Source: Nitrospirota bacterium
GTDB lineage: Bacteria; Nitrospirota; UBA9217
Assembly: GCA_963663225.1 (NCBI GenBank)
Contig: OY760142.1
Coordinates: 864,001-928,000, forward strand
DNA: 64,000 bases
Reading direction: 5' to 3'
A model generated the notes under the pieces. That model was not told where the DNA came from. It searched no databases and was given only the letters and a program-made list of their open reading frames with translations. Position 1 is the first letter of the stretch, and each line of letters begins with the position of its first letter. Shown piece after piece: positions 48,102-58,719 of the stretch. A program made the position numbers and the translations under genes.

Positions 48102-48949
48102 CGACAATGAGGGGCCGAAAATTGCGGTTGCGTAAATTCTGCCTGTTCTTCTTTCCCCTGTGCTTTATCGGGTGTGTTCTGGCCTCTGCATGCTTTCCGT
48201 CCGCGGCTGCGGACGATCCTGCTGCCCCGGAGTTCAAGAACCGTATTGAACTTTCCGGCTCATACGAATATCTTTCCCCTAACGGCGATTACGGTAACTG
48301 GGGCACGTTCACCGCCGCCTTTTATCGGAAGGAACGCCCGGACTTTACCTGGTTTGCCCAGATACAGACATACACAAGGCCGGAAGGAACCGGCCTGCTG
48401 GGCAATGTCGGGGCCTATAAAGACTGGACTCCCGCCTTCTATACCTATACCTCTGTTGCCGCGGGAACGGACGTGGAATATCTTCCGCAAATACGAGTCG
48501 ATCATGATTTTAATTTCAAGTTCGGACCCGATAAAAAGTTCGTATGGATTCTCGGAGGAACATACATAGGCTATTACGACGTTCATCGCGACTATATCCT
48601 GTCCACGGGCCTCATGGCGTATCTGGGAGACTGGGTGGCGGAATACCGGATTTTCAGAAACCTCAGTTCTCCGGGCTGGGTTGAATCATACTCTCATCTT
48701 TTTTCACTCGCCTATGGACAGGAGGGACGCCACTGGACCACTGCAAACTTCTCCTTTGGAAAACAGGCCTACCTGGCCACGTCGCTTGCTGAGCCGGAAG
48801 CTGTGAGCAAAAACTCTTATCTGGTATCTCTGAATCACCGGCAATGGCTGGCAAAAAACTATGGAGTGTTCGGAGAGTTGAGCTACTTTGATCTCCAGTC
48901 CACCTATAAAAAAGGCGGGTTTCTGTTCGGCGGTTTTTGGGAGTTCTGA
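48098..48949 (+). CDS. YaiO-like outer-membrane beta-barrel protein
   Basis: Signal peptide, alternating aromatic beta strands (AYKDWTPAFYTYTSVAAG..YLP), C-terminal WEF. Confidence 0.75.
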   Translation: MTTMRGRKLRLRKFCLFFFPLCFIGCVLASACFPSAAADDPAAPEFKNRIELSGSYEYLSPNGDYGNWGTFTAAFYRKERPDFTWFAQIQTYTRPEGTGLLGNVGAYKDWTPAFYTYTSVAAGTDVEYLPQIRVDHDFNFKFGPDKKFVWILGGTYIGYYDVHRDYILSTGLMAYLGDWVAEYRIFRNLSSPGWVESYSHLFSLAYGQEGRHWTTANFSFGKQAYLATSLAEPEAVSKNSYLVSLNHRQWLAKNYGVFGELSYFDLQSTYKKGGFLFGGFWEF

Positions 48950-49035
48950 TCATCTCCGGAATTCCTTTCGAGTGTTCGCTTTGCGCAATAGGCCTGATTT
49001 CTGCGGAAGCGGTGGGTAGCATTCCGTTTAAACAC

Positions 49036-50535
49036 ATGAAAAAGTATTTTCTCGAAGCCATAGTATTCATCTGCGGTGCCGTAGTCATGGTACTAGAACT
49101 CGTTGGTTCGCGGATCCTTGCACCGTATCTCGGCACTTCCATCATCGTCTGGTCCAGTCTTATCGGCGTCATTCTGGGCTGCCTCAGCCTCGGATACTGG
49201 TATGGCGGCAGATTGGCGGACAGAAAACAGGGCTGCAGAACGTTCTCCCTGATAATCCTTGCAGCAGGCGTCCTGATCGGTGCCGTGGCTTTTCTGAAGG
49301 AATTCGCCCTTCTCTTTTTTCAGAATTGCTTCTCTGATATTCAAACGGCAGCGCCCGTTGCCACCATAGTGCTCTTCGGCCTGCCGAGCACGCTCCTCGG
49401 CATGATTACCCCCTATGCTGTCCGGTTGAAAATGAACGATGTCTCTCATTCGGGCGAAACTGTCGGCAATCTCTATGCGATTTCCACGGTCGGCAGCATC
49501 TTCGGCACTTTTCTTGCGGGATATTATCTGATTTCTTTTTTCGGCAGCACAAAAATTCTGATCGTACTCGCGCTGGTGCTTGTTTTGACCTCTTTCCTCG
49601 CATACGGAAGAGACGGACGAATCCTTAAAACCTGCATACTTCTGTCTCTTCTAGCAGGTATGGCAGCGATGGAGTTGTACAGTGCTGTGCATCAACGCGA
49701 GGGGTTTTACGATGTCGACACCCGGTACAGCAGGGTCTGGATATACGAGACCGTCCATCCCGGCACCGGAAAGGCCATCCGTGCCCTTGCCACCAGCCCG
49801 GGCGAAATACAATCCGCGATGCTGCTCGACGGCAGCAAAGACCTGGCCCTCGCGTACACAAAATATTACCGGCTCGCACGCCACTTTCAGCCGGCTGTTT
49901 CAGAAGCCCTGCTCATCGGAGGAGCGGGATATTCCTACGCAAAAGACTACCTGCAACAATACCGCACAGCGCGTCTTGACGTCGTGGAGATAGACCCCGG
50001 CATGACCGATCTCGCAAAAAAACACTTCGAGCTGCCGGAGAACAACAGGCTGACGATAATCCATGAAGACGGCCGCGCATATCTGAACAAAACCAGGAAA
50101 CGGTATGATGCCATATTTTGCGACGCCTTTACTTCCCTGTACACAATCCCTTTTCAGCTTACCACCAGAGAAACGGTCGCACGATTGTACAGCCTGCTCA
50201 ACGATAACGGAGTCGTACTTGTGAATATCATATCGTCCATTGAGGGAGATGCGGGCATGTTTCTCCGCGCCGAATATGCAACCTATAAATCAATTTTTCC
50301 TCAGGTCCTGCTTTTCCCGGTGCGCAATTCCGGCGACGGAATGGTGTCGCAGAATATCATGCTGGTGGCACTAAAATCCAACAGTCGGCCCGCGCCCGGC
50401 AGCCGTGACCCGGAACTGGCCGAATATCTCACGCATGCGTGGACCGGCATGGTCGCATGCGACGTCCCCGTGCTTACCGATGACTTTGCGCCGGTGGACA
50501 CTTATATACTCAGAATGCTTCGCCGCAAGGGTTAA
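49036..50535 (+). CDS. Fused membrane domain/spermidine-synthase-like methyltransferase
   Basis: GAVVMVLELVGSRILAPYLGTS, GNLYAISTVGSIFG, LIGGAG, VEIDP, EDGR, DAF, LTDDFAPV. Confidence 0.9.
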   Translation: MKKYFLEAIVFICGAVVMVLELVGSRILAPYLGTSIIVWSSLIGVILGCLSLGYWYGGRLADRKQGCRTFSLIILAAGVLIGAVAFLKEFALLFFQNCFSDIQTAAPVATIVLFGLPSTLLGMITPYAVRLKMNDVSHSGETVGNLYAISTVGSIFGTFLAGYYLISFFGSTKILIVLALVLVLTSFLAYGRDGRILKTCILLSLLAGMAAMELYSAVHQREGFYDVDTRYSRVWIYETVHPGTGKAIRALATSPGEIQSAMLLDGSKDLALAYTKYYRLARHFQPAVSEALLIGGAGYSYAKDYLQQYRTARLDVVEIDPGMTDLAKKHFELPENNRLTIIHEDGRAYLNKTRKRYDAIFCDAFTSLYTIPFQLTTRETVARLYSLLNDNGVVLVNIISSIEGDAGMFLRAEYATYKSIFPQVLLFPVRNSGDGMVSQNIMLVALKSNSRPAPGSRDPELAEYLTHAWTGMVACDVPVLTDDFAPVDTYILRMLRRKG

Positions 50536-50641
50536 GAATGAACCACTGCTTCTGCTGACATGAAGCCTGACCGGATGGTATACTTGATTTAAAGCTGCAA
50601 GCACAACCTGTTGAGTATGTTTCAGGAGAACCGGCACTATC

Positions 50642-51796
50642 ATGACGCTTGATAAAACCATATTCGGGCTCCGCTTCGGATCGAGTGAAGATATAGCCCC
50701 AACACGGGGCGACCTCGATGCGTTTCTTGGCAGCCGGAAGGATGAGCGAAGCCCGGCTCTGCACAAAGACGACCTGACCGCATATCAGGAGATGCTCGAA
50801 CGCATCACCGGATACGAGGGGCGCCAGCTGCACGCGATCGGGAGGCAGGACTTCCGCGAATTGATTTTTTACGGTGCCGTCCGGCATTCCTGTTTTTTCA
50901 GCGCGTCCCTTAAGCTTGCAATTGAGCAATACAAATACCATGTGCACGCGTACTCTCTGATCGACCTCAGAAAACCCTCAGCTTTTATCCAATCGGCTGA
51001 AGTAGAGATGGCAAACCTTAACCCGCACAGAAAAGAAGACTCAGCCAGGCTGGCACGGCTGCAGGAAATGGTTGATGAACGAAAAGAGAACCTCTCCGCC
51101 CTCAGGAGGAACCGCGGTTTAATTTCAGAAGAACTCACCGGTATTCTGCGATACATCGCGGATAATCTGGAGAAAATTAAAATTCTTTCCGACGCATCTA
51201 TTGCAGTTCTGGCCGAAATCCGGGCATCGGGAACCGAAACAAACCTGCTGGTTGCCGACATCAAAAACCACTTCAAAGAGCAGCTCAAGGACGAACTGCG
51301 CAATGGTCCGATCACCAGGGAGCACCTTGACGCGGTGAAGCAGGACGTCGATGCGCTCACAAAAGAAATTAAGACACTTGTCGACGAGGACCTTGCCTCG
51401 CTGACGCGCCTGTATACGGCAATTTACAGCCATGCCTCAAAGTTTGCAGACGAATTGGTTGCTCTTATGGACATCATTGCAGCAGTACCGGAGAAAAACT
51501 TCGAAGAAGAAAAAAACCTTTTCACTCGTGCAGAGCAACTGCTGGTCGCGCTTATTTCCGACTACCAGTTTCCTGTGAAGGCCGCGGTGATCCCTCCTGA
51601 CACTTCTTATAGCGACATGCTCGCTGAAAAGCGGAAAGAAATGATTGCGCGGATATTTGAACGCCTGCACAAAGACCGGAGGTCACGCCATGAGCGCAGA
51701 TCCGGCGGCGACCGGAGGATTCTGGACGACCCCGAACTCAAAGTGCCAAGCCGCAGGAACGGCAAAGACCGAAGGCTCGAACAGCGGCGCGACTGA
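50642..51796 (+). CDS. Uncharacterised helical protein with C-terminal xRR repeat tail (paralog of 2894..4045)
   Basis: Colinear similarity to 2894..4045; tail KDRRSRHERRSGGDRR..SRRNGKDRRLEQRR. Confidence 0.8.
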   Translation: MTLDKTIFGLRFGSSEDIAPTRGDLDAFLGSRKDERSPALHKDDLTAYQEMLERITGYEGRQLHAIGRQDFRELIFYGAVRHSCFFSASLKLAIEQYKYHVHAYSLIDLRKPSAFIQSAEVEMANLNPHRKEDSARLARLQEMVDERKENLSALRRNRGLISEELTGILRYIADNLEKIKILSDASIAVLAEIRASGTETNLLVADIKNHFKEQLKDELRNGPITREHLDAVKQDVDALTKEIKTLVDEDLASLTRLYTAIYSHASKFADELVALMDIIAAVPEKNFEEEKNLFTRAEQLLVALISDYQFPVKAAVIPPDTSYSDMLAEKRKEMIARIFERLHKDRRSRHERRSGGDRRILDDPELKVPSRRNGKDRRLEQRRD

Positions 51797-51828
51797 ACCT
51801 CGAATCTCCCGAATAAAGCGCGCATTTT

Positions 51829-52527
51829 TTACGGGATCATCCCGCCGTCTTTAAAACTGAAGTGATCGGCGTCGCCGATGATGATGTGATCGAGCACGCG
51901 GATTCCGAGCACTTCTCCGGCCTGAACCAGCCGTTTGGTCAGCAACACATCTTCCTGGCTCGGTTTCACATCGCAGCTCGGATGGTTATGTATGAATATG
52001 ACCGCCGCAGCTGATTCACGGATGGCTGATTTAAAACTGTCCCGGGGGTGGACGATCGCCGCGGAAAGACTGCCTATGGAAATAACTTCTTCACGGATAA
52101 TTTTATTCTTTGTGTCGAGCAGCACACACCGAAACGTTTCCTGTTTTAAATCCTTCATTCTCGGCCGATAGTAAACCACCACGTCCGCGCTGGAACAAAA
52201 CGACGCGCCAGCAAGACTCGGCTTCTGGTACCTTCTGCCGAGCTCTATCGCAGCCTTGATCTCGGCCGCCTTGGCAGGCCCGATTCCTTTCACCCCGCAG
52301 ATTTCCTTGATCGCCGCCTGCTGCACGCCGGCGAGACTTCCAAATGTCTCCAAAAGGTCGCGCCCCACGTCCACGGCAGTGCGTCCTGACCGGCCATTCC
52401 GTATGATGATCGCAAGCAGTTGCGCATCAGACAGGGCGCCGGGGCCGTGCATCATGAGCCGTTCCCGCGGCCGTTCCTCTTCCGGCCAATGTTTTACGCT
52501 GTTTTTTTGCTTCATGCCGTGCGTCAT
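51829..52527 (-). CDS. radC: RadC/UPF0758 JAB-domain protein
   Basis: ERPRERL..LSDAQLLA, GIGPAKA, VHPR, HNHPS..PSQED, LDHII. Confidence 0.95.
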   Translation of the reverse strand: MTHGMKQKNSVKHWPEEERPRERLMMHGPGALSDAQLLAIIIRNGRSGRTAVDVGRDLLETFGSLAGVQQAAIKEICGVKGIGPAKAAEIKAAIELGRRYQKPSLAGASFCSSADVVVYYRPRMKDLKQETFRCVLLDTKNKIIREEVISIGSLSAAIVHPRDSFKSAIRESAAAVIFIHNHPSCDVKPSQEDVLLTKRLVQAGEVLGIRVLDHIIIGDADHFSFKDGGMIP

Positions 52528-52554
52528 TGTATATTTCCCTCACGCAGCCTACAC

Positions 52555-52604
52555 GTACCAATATCTATTTGTAAATGTATAACATGGCATCCTTTTTTTG
52601 TCAA
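52555..52604 (-). promoter_or_regulatory. radC promoter with a palindromic operator candidate
   Basis: Minus strand TTGACA-17 nt-TATACA, followed by the near-palindrome TTACAAATA-GA-TATTGGTAC. Confidence 0.5.
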
Positions 52605-52626
52605 TCTCTTTGCGCCCCGTTATATT

Positions 52627-55600
52627 TTATTTTTCCTGCCACCGGGACGGGAATATCATGCGAAAACTCGTTCCTTTGCCCTGTTCGCTTATCAGTTTTA
52701 TTTCTCCCAGGTGTTCCGATACGACCTGTTTGATCATCGGCAAACCCATCCCGTATCGGTGCGTTTTTGTGCTGTAAAATGGATCAAATATTTTTTCTAC
52801 CTCCTGCTCGGGAATGCCGCTTCCCGTGTCCGTGATCGTGACCGTTACCGTTTCGTTTTCAGCATCCGTTTCGACAATGACCGTTCCTCCGGGCTGCGTT
52901 GCCTCCATGGCATTTCTCAATGCATGCTGGATCGCGACCTGCAAAAAATTCTTCTGCATGTTTATCTTCAACGGACGGTCTGAAAGTCGCCACCGAAGCT
53001 TTACGTTTTTTGTCTTGCTTTCCTTTTCAACGAGGGAAGCAATGTTTCTGATAAGAACATTGATGTCCTCGTATTCGAACACAGACTTTCTGCTTTTGAG
53101 GAGGTCATGAAATCCCTTTACCAGGGACTCCAGCTTGTTCGACTCTTCCAGGATAAGATCGGCATATTTACGCTGTTCTTCCGGCAGTTTTTGCGCCAGA
53201 ATTTTTTTACAGGCCAGCCCGATCACCGTGGCGGGATTTCTGACCCGGTCGGCAACGGTGAGCGCCATGAGGTTCATCGAACGCTCTGCGACAAGGGTCT
53301 CCCTTTCCTTGTTAAAATCCTCCAGTTTGGTTTTGTATTCTTTTTCGACCTGCAGCAGCTTCCGATACCGGACCGCTTTGTCCAGGGAGCGCAGCAGCTG
53401 CTCAGGATCATACGGTTTCATGATAAAATCATAGGCCCGTTTCTTCACAGACTCCACTGCTTTGCCCAGATCGGCAAACGCCGTCACCACGATCACCGGC
53501 ATGTCCGGATCTCTGTCGTGCACCGCTTCGAGCAATTCGAGTCCGGATATTCCCGGCATGACGATGTCCGTCAATACGACGTCGGCCACGCTGTTCCTGA
53601 GTGCGTTCACAGCATCCTGGGCATTGCTGCAGGCATGGATTGCATACCCGTTCTCTTTCAGCAGGAATGATACATACTCCAGCAGCTGGGGATCATCTTC
53701 CACAACAACAATGGACCCCTCGTACCGCCCAACTGTCTTCGTTCCTTCCGGCTCATGTTCGGCGCTCGGCGGTGCTTTGGTAACCGCTGACGGTTTTTCC
53801 TCGGTCATTTTTCCAGCATATGTTCGCTTTCTGTCGATGATCTCTCGCACCTTTTTCAGGAGCTCCTGAGGCGTCGCGGGCTTAGTGATAAAATCCTGCC
53901 CTTTCTGAAGAACACCCTGTTCGAAAATTTCATGTTCAGAGTATCCGCTCATAAACAAGACTCCGGTATTTGTTTTTTCCGACGAAATCCGGGAAAAGAC
54001 TTCCTTTCCGCTTTTTTTCGGCATTATGACATCCAGCAGAACAAGTTGGATAACGTCCTTGTTTTCGATGAAAATCCTGACGGCATCTTCTCCATCTGCC
54101 GCCTCCAGCACCGTATATCCTGCTTCCGAGAGTATGGTCTTGTTTAAATTTCTTACGCCTGCGTCGTCCTCGGCCAGCAGAAGTGTTTCATTGCCCCCTC
54201 TTGCCTCCGGCAGCTCTTGCGGCCGGTTTTTTTCCACTGTTGCTTCTATCATCGGAAAGTATATTCTGAATGTCGTGCCCATTCCCGGTTCGCTGTAGAC
54301 GGTGATTTCTCCATTGTGCTGTTTTATAATCCCGTACACGATGGAAAGTCCGAGGCCCGTCCCCTTCCCGGTCTCCTTGGTGGTGAAAAAAGGTTCAAAT
54401 ATTTTTTCTTTTGTTTTTTCATCCATGCCTGTTCCGGTGTCGGTTACTGAAATGCTCGCATATTTTCCCTGTTTTGCGAGCACACGCCGTTTTCCGGACT
54501 CGTCGCTTATTTCGACCGGTTTTGTTTCTATGGTCAGCGTTCCGCCCTGAGGCATCGCGTCCCTCGCATTCGTGACGAGATTGATCAATACCTGTTCAAT
54601 CTGGCCGCTGTCCGCCTTGATCGTCATGTTTTCATCTGCAAGAATGGTTTTCAGTTTAATGTCTTCCCTGATAAGCTGGGTAAACATGGCCTCGATATTT
54701 GTTATTATTTCGTTGACCTGCACCGGGACCGGATGAATCGCCTGTTTTCTGCTGAACGCAAGAAGATTCTGGGTTATGTTTTTCGCGCGGGAGGACGCGG
54801 TCAGGACCTGATCCACATAGGACCGCATAAGGGCGTCTTCCCTGATCTTCATTTTCAGAAGCGTTGCGTATCCGATGATGGCTGTGAGGATATTGTTGAA
54901 ATCGTGCGCTATCCCGCCCGAAAGCTGCCCGATGGCTTCCATCTTCTGCGCCTGCAGGAGCTGTCCCTCCAGGCGTCTCTGGTTCGTGACGTCGCGAATG
55001 ATCCCGCGGTATGCGGTAATGCTTCCGCCTCCATCGCGGACCGCGTTCGCAGTAACAAGAACAGTCAGCTTCTCCCCGTCTTTTCGCTTGAACTGCGCTT
55101 CATAATCCTTCACGAATCCATGCTGCTCCAAATCGGACTGGAACTTTTCGCGCTCCTCCGGGTTCAAGTAGATATCGCGCGATATATCCAGCTTGAGAAC
55201 TTCCTCTTTTGAGGAATATCCGTACAACTCAACCCCTGCATGGTTGATATCAATATACTTTCCTTCGGGCGTACTGAAGAAAACCACGTCCTTTGACTCT
55301 TCAAAGAGCTCCCTGAATTTTTTTTCTGACGACTTCAATGCCTCTTCCGCCTGCTTCTGTTCCGTGACATCCTCACAGACAATGAGCACCACCGCCCTGC
55401 CTTCGGCGTCCCGCACGGCCCGCGCGGCCTCCCGCGCCCACAGCATTTTGCCGTTTTTACATACTTTTCTGAATTCCCAATGCGCCACATCGCCGAATCT
55501 CTGCAAGCAGTCTTCAAGCTGCCGCTTTACGCCAGCCTGGTCGTCCGCATGGTAACTGATAAAAACCGGCTGTCCAATCAGCTCTTCCATACGATACCCC

Positions 55601-56829
55601 AGCTGCTCGGCGCCGAATGAATTGACCGAAAGCACGATGCCATTCTCATCCACCGTAAAATACATGGAAGGGTTGTCAAGATACAGGGCCCGGAAACGTT
55701 CTTCACTTTTTCGCAGCGTGTCGATCATCTGTCTGATTTTATCAGTCATAAAATTGAAGTTCACCGCCAAAGCGCCGATTTCGTCCCTGCGCTTCACCTC
55801 CGCAGCAAGCTCCAGATGTCCTGACGCAATCCTTGAGGCCGTATCAGCCAAATCACCCAGCGGAGCGGCAATGCTGCGGGTGACCGCCAGCGAAGCGAAC
55901 ACGGCAATCAAAAGAGCGGACAGGGCCACGCTCGCGTTCACTGCGAACAGTACGCGCCGGACATGGGAATACTCGGCCTGCTCCTGTTCGGCCACCAAAA
56001 CCGCACCAAGTTCAGGCAGCCAGCGGTATGCCCCATAAACCGGAATGCCGCGAAAATCAAGGTAAGCTTTGGTCAGCTTTTTCTGGTGTTCCAATGCTGC
56101 CTGGATGCCTTCACTCCGGACGGTAGTGCCCGGTTCTGTGTCGCCCAGCTTCGTCAGCAGAATATTGTCTCCATTTACCAGGTAGGTCTTGCCGGTTTTT
56201 CCCAGACCAGCTGTATTCTCCATCATTTTCGTCAGGACCGCCCGACGGACCACTCCTGCCAATACTCCTGCTGCCTGTCCGTCCCTGCCGGGAACAGGAC
56301 GCGACACGATTATTGCCATATGGAATGCCGTCGTCGGGCAGATGGCTGGTTCTTTTTTCCCCAGCTGAAAGAAACCGCTGTTCGCATGGCTCCGGCCTTC
56401 CAGGTCGGTATCCGTGGACACAAGCACCCGTCCGTGCCTGTTCATTAGAAATACGACCTCGAACAATTGTGAGGTTGTTATCAACTGCCTGAGCCGCCCC
56501 TCGAAAGCATCATGGGCGCTCTTGAATTCCCCGGCATCACCTGCTTTTTGTACAAGCGCATCCACTATGCGGCCGGTGTTCTCTCCGATAAGAGCGTTTC
56601 CGAGCTCATTTTTGACCGTTGCCGCCCAGGTATTGACGGCATATTCTTTAAAAGCGACGGCCGTGTCGAGTTGAGTCGCTAATTGCAGGTGCGCGCCTTC
56701 TGAGCCGGAAATGGCTTGAACTGCGCTGATGATGGCCATGGGAAGGAGGACGATCAGGATAAATGCAAGGGTAAGCCGTGTGCGAATGGAGTCAAAACGG
56801 GAAGTGGTTTTTGTTTTCGGCTCAACCAT
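52627..56829 (-). CDS. Hybrid sensor kinase: Cache-HAMP-PAS-PAS-HisKA-HATPase-REC-REC-(pseudo)HisKA-HATPase
   Basis: Two TMs, HAMP (RRDEIGAL), two PAS domains, [34 protein letters not shown], then ADRVRNP, RNAMEA, DTGSG, GMGL. Confidence 0.92.
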   Translation of the reverse strand: MVEPKTKTTSRFDSIRTRLTLAFILIVLLPMAIISAVQAISGSEGAHLQLATQLDTAVAFKEYAVNTWAATVKNELGNALIGENTGRIVDALVQKAGDAGEFKSAHDAFEGRLRQLITTSQLFEVVFLMNRHGRVLVSTDTDLEGRSHANSGFFQLGKKEPAICPTTAFHMAIIVSRPVPGRDGQAAGVLAGVVRRAVLTKMMENTAGLGKTGKTYLVNGDNILLTKLGDTEPGTTVRSEGIQAALEHQKKLTKAYLDFRGIPVYGAYRWLPELGAVLVAEQEQAEYSHVRRVLFAVNASVALSALLIAVFASLAVTRSIAAPLGDLADTASRIASGHLELAAEVKRRDEIGALAVNFNFMTDKIRQMIDTLRKSEERFRALYLDNPSMYFTVDENGIVLSVNSFGAEQLGYRMEELIGQPVFISYHADDQAGVKRQLEDCLQRFGDVAHWEFRKVCKNGKMLWAREAARAVRDAEGRAVVLIVCEDVTEQKQAEEALKSSEKKFRELFEESKDVVFFSTPEGKYIDINHAGVELYGYSSKEEVLKLDISRDIYLNPEEREKFQSDLEQHGFVKDYEAQFKRKDGEKLTVLVTANAVRDGGGSITAYRGIIRDVTNQRRLEGQLLQAQKMEAIGQLSGGIAHDFNNILTAIIGYATLLKMKIREDALMRSYVDQVLTASSRAKNITQNLLAFSRKQAIHPVPVQVNEIITNIEAMFTQLIREDIKLKTILADENMTIKADSGQIEQVLINLVTNARDAMPQGGTLTIETKPVEISDESGKRRVLAKQGKYASISVTDTGTGMDEKTKEKIFEPFFTTKETGKGTGLGLSIVYGIIKQHNGEITVYSEPGMGTTFRIYFPMIEATVEKNRPQELPEARGGNETLLLAEDDAGVRNLNKTILSEAGYTVLEAADGEDAVRIFIENKDVIQLVLLDVIMPKKSGKEVFSRISSEKTNTGVLFMSGYSEHEIFEQGVLQKGQDFITKPATPQELLKKVREIIDRKRTYAGKMTEEKPSAVTKAPPSAEHEPEGTKTVGRYEGSIVVVEDDPQLLEYVSFLLKENGYAIHACSNAQDAVNALRNSVADVVLTDIVMPGISGLELLEAVHDRDPDMPVIVVTAFADLGKAVESVKKRAYDFIMKPYDPEQLLRSLDKAVRYRKLLQVEKEYKTKLEDFNKERETLVAERSMNLMALTVADRVRNPATVIGLACKKILAQKLPEEQRKYADLILEESNKLESLVKGFHDLLKSRKSVFEYEDINVLIRNIASLVEKESKTKNVKLRWRLSDRPLKINMQKNFLQVAIQHALRNAMEATQPGGTVIVETDAENETVTVTITDTGSGIPEQEVEKIFDPFYSTKTHRYGMGLPMIKQVVSEHLGEIKLISEQGKGTSFRMIFPSRWQEK

Positions 56830-56877
56830 GGTTGTCTCTCTACTATATTTCCCGCCGGCTGCTCTTGCTTTTTCTCT

Positions 56878-58449
56878 TCAGAACCGCACCAGCGGTGAAC
56901 CGGTCAGTTGTACAACAACAAAGTTGATAAAAAAGAAACCAAAAAACATAACGTTCGCGCCCAGCACCAGATATGACCACCACGTTATCCTGGCTGGCTT
57001 GGGCAATTGCCGGTTGAGGTAGATCATGATCAGGGGGAAAATTATAGAAGCCAGATTCGTCAGATTGGCGGACAGAACGATCAAATCCACCGGCAGCGCG
57101 AGGTGGACCATGACCCCGATGATAATAACCACCACAAACATCCATGGATAATAAAACCGGCGAGCATCGTGGCCGATCCATTCGCGGAAGCGGGGACTGG
57201 TCCCGTACACTGCATCGGTGACATTGCGCGTCAGCACTTCAAGAATCACAATCTGTGTTTTGTAAAGAATGAAGAAGCCCATGAGCAGCGCCCACCCGAA
57301 CAGAACAGGGCCGTATCGCTCACCCAGTTGAAACGCCGCATATACCAGAATGGAAGTCCGCTCGGGATGAGCTGCCCCCTCCAAACTCGACAGATAACCC
57401 ACAAGGACGCAGGGAGCCACCATGCCGATCATGCATCCCGGGAAAAAAACTCCCCATTGATCAATCAGCAGATATCGGAACCAGCGCTTCCAGATCCGTG
57501 CGTTCGCCGCATTCTCCCGGAATATTTTACCCACCGGCAGAATACGTGCTTTTTCCCCGCCGATAAGCCCGGGAATATAACCGGTCTTGTGCCCCATGCC
57601 ATAGCCCTTGTCACGGTAGTAGCCGATGCACATGAAATTCAACCCAGCGATAAGGCCTGCAAAACCTGCCAACGCTCCCAGAAGTGATGGATCGGTTCCT
57701 CGGGGAGGCGCAGCCGGAGCAACAAGCGAAACCAGCGCCTGGCCCCAGTACTCAAGAGGGACAACCGCAATGGTCACCAGAACAAGGCTGATCAGGATGA
57801 ACGTCAGGAAGATGGCAAGACAGATTTCCAGTGTTCTCTCGATATTGCGGCCGAACAGCACAAACAGGAACGTAGTGACCAACAGGAATGTCCCCAGAAC
57901 CCGCACTATTTCTAGTTCCTGCGGCAGGTTTGCTCTGCCCATGAAAAGCGCAAAGAGACTGCTGCCTGCACTGACTGCCCAGCCGCCCAACATCAACGCA
58001 AAACTGAAGCAAAATACCGTCAACGGAACCCAGAACAGGTAGCCTGGTGGAGTGCGGCCAAATGCCACGATCGGAGGTTCTCCCGTTGCAATGGTGAAGC
58101 GCGCCAGCTCCACGTTGTAGAATGTCTGCAGGACGACTGATAAGAGAATGACCCAGCCGATGCCCCTAAATCCGTATTGTCCTACGGCAAGAGGTCCCAG
58201 CATCCATTCTCCGCTGCCGACAGCCAGCCCCAAAGCTATCACGCCCGGTCCCAGAACGATAAAAATCAGCTCCATAACACCGACACGCTTTACATTAAAA
58301 ACCTCTTCGGGCGCGGGTAAATCCTCAATTTCAAGGGATGGACGACTTACTCCAATCTGACAGCTGATTGCCTCCGCACTATCTTCTCCTCTGCTGTTTG
58401 CGACAGTCTGCTCTGACAAGCTTTCACCCCTTTCTTCCCGGGATGCCAT
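56878..58449 (-). CDS. Nramp/APC-like membrane transporter
   Basis: About 11 TMs; LGPGVIALGLAVGSGEW, NVELARFTIATGE, YYRDKGYGMG. Confidence 0.75.
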   Translation of the reverse strand: MASREERGESLSEQTVANSRGEDSAEAISCQIGVSRPSLEIEDLPAPEEVFNVKRVGVMELIFIVLGPGVIALGLAVGSGEWMLGPLAVGQYGFRGIGWVILLSVVLQTFYNVELARFTIATGEPPIVAFGRTPPGYLFWVPLTVFCFSFALMLGGWAVSAGSSLFALFMGRANLPQELEIVRVLGTFLLVTTFLFVLFGRNIERTLEICLAIFLTFILISLVLVTIAVVPLEYWGQALVSLVAPAAPPRGTDPSLLGALAGFAGLIAGLNFMCIGYYRDKGYGMGHKTGYIPGLIGGEKARILPVGKIFRENAANARIWKRWFRYLLIDQWGVFFPGCMIGMVAPCVLVGYLSSLEGAAHPERTSILVYAAFQLGERYGPVLFGWALLMGFFILYKTQIVILEVLTRNVTDAVYGTSPRFREWIGHDARRFYYPWMFVVVIIIGVMVHLALPVDLIVLSANLTNLASIIFPLIMIYLNRQLPKPARITWWSYLVLGANVMFFGFFFINFVVVQLTGSPLVRF

Positions 58450-58683
58450 CCAGGCAATTTACGCAGAACGCTTTGAGAGAATTTCATATCGGCCTGCTGC
58501 CGGTCTTTTTTCAGGATGGCGGCAAGACCGATTTCGTATTCATACTTTGGATATAAGAGACAGGAACGCCCTGTTTGTAATGGCTCGATAATTTAATGAT
58601 ATCACATGCAGAGTTGAAAAAAAGGAGTGTCGGTTATCCGAAAAATCGGTGTTGGCTGTTTTGTTGAAATATACGGATGGCAA

Positions 58684-58709
58684 TAAAACGGCGGGCCCGA
58701 AGGCCCGCC
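58684..58709 (-). terminator. Intrinsic terminator after hcp
   Basis: Minus strand GGCGGGCC-TTCG-GGCCCGCC-GTTTTA. Confidence 0.8.
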
Positions 58710-58719
58710 TGAATGGGGA

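Noticed and set aside
51829-52527. radC as a marker of a prophage or ICE
   Set aside because: It is the full-length chromosomal type with the N-terminal HhH region, and no integrase or phage genes are nearby.
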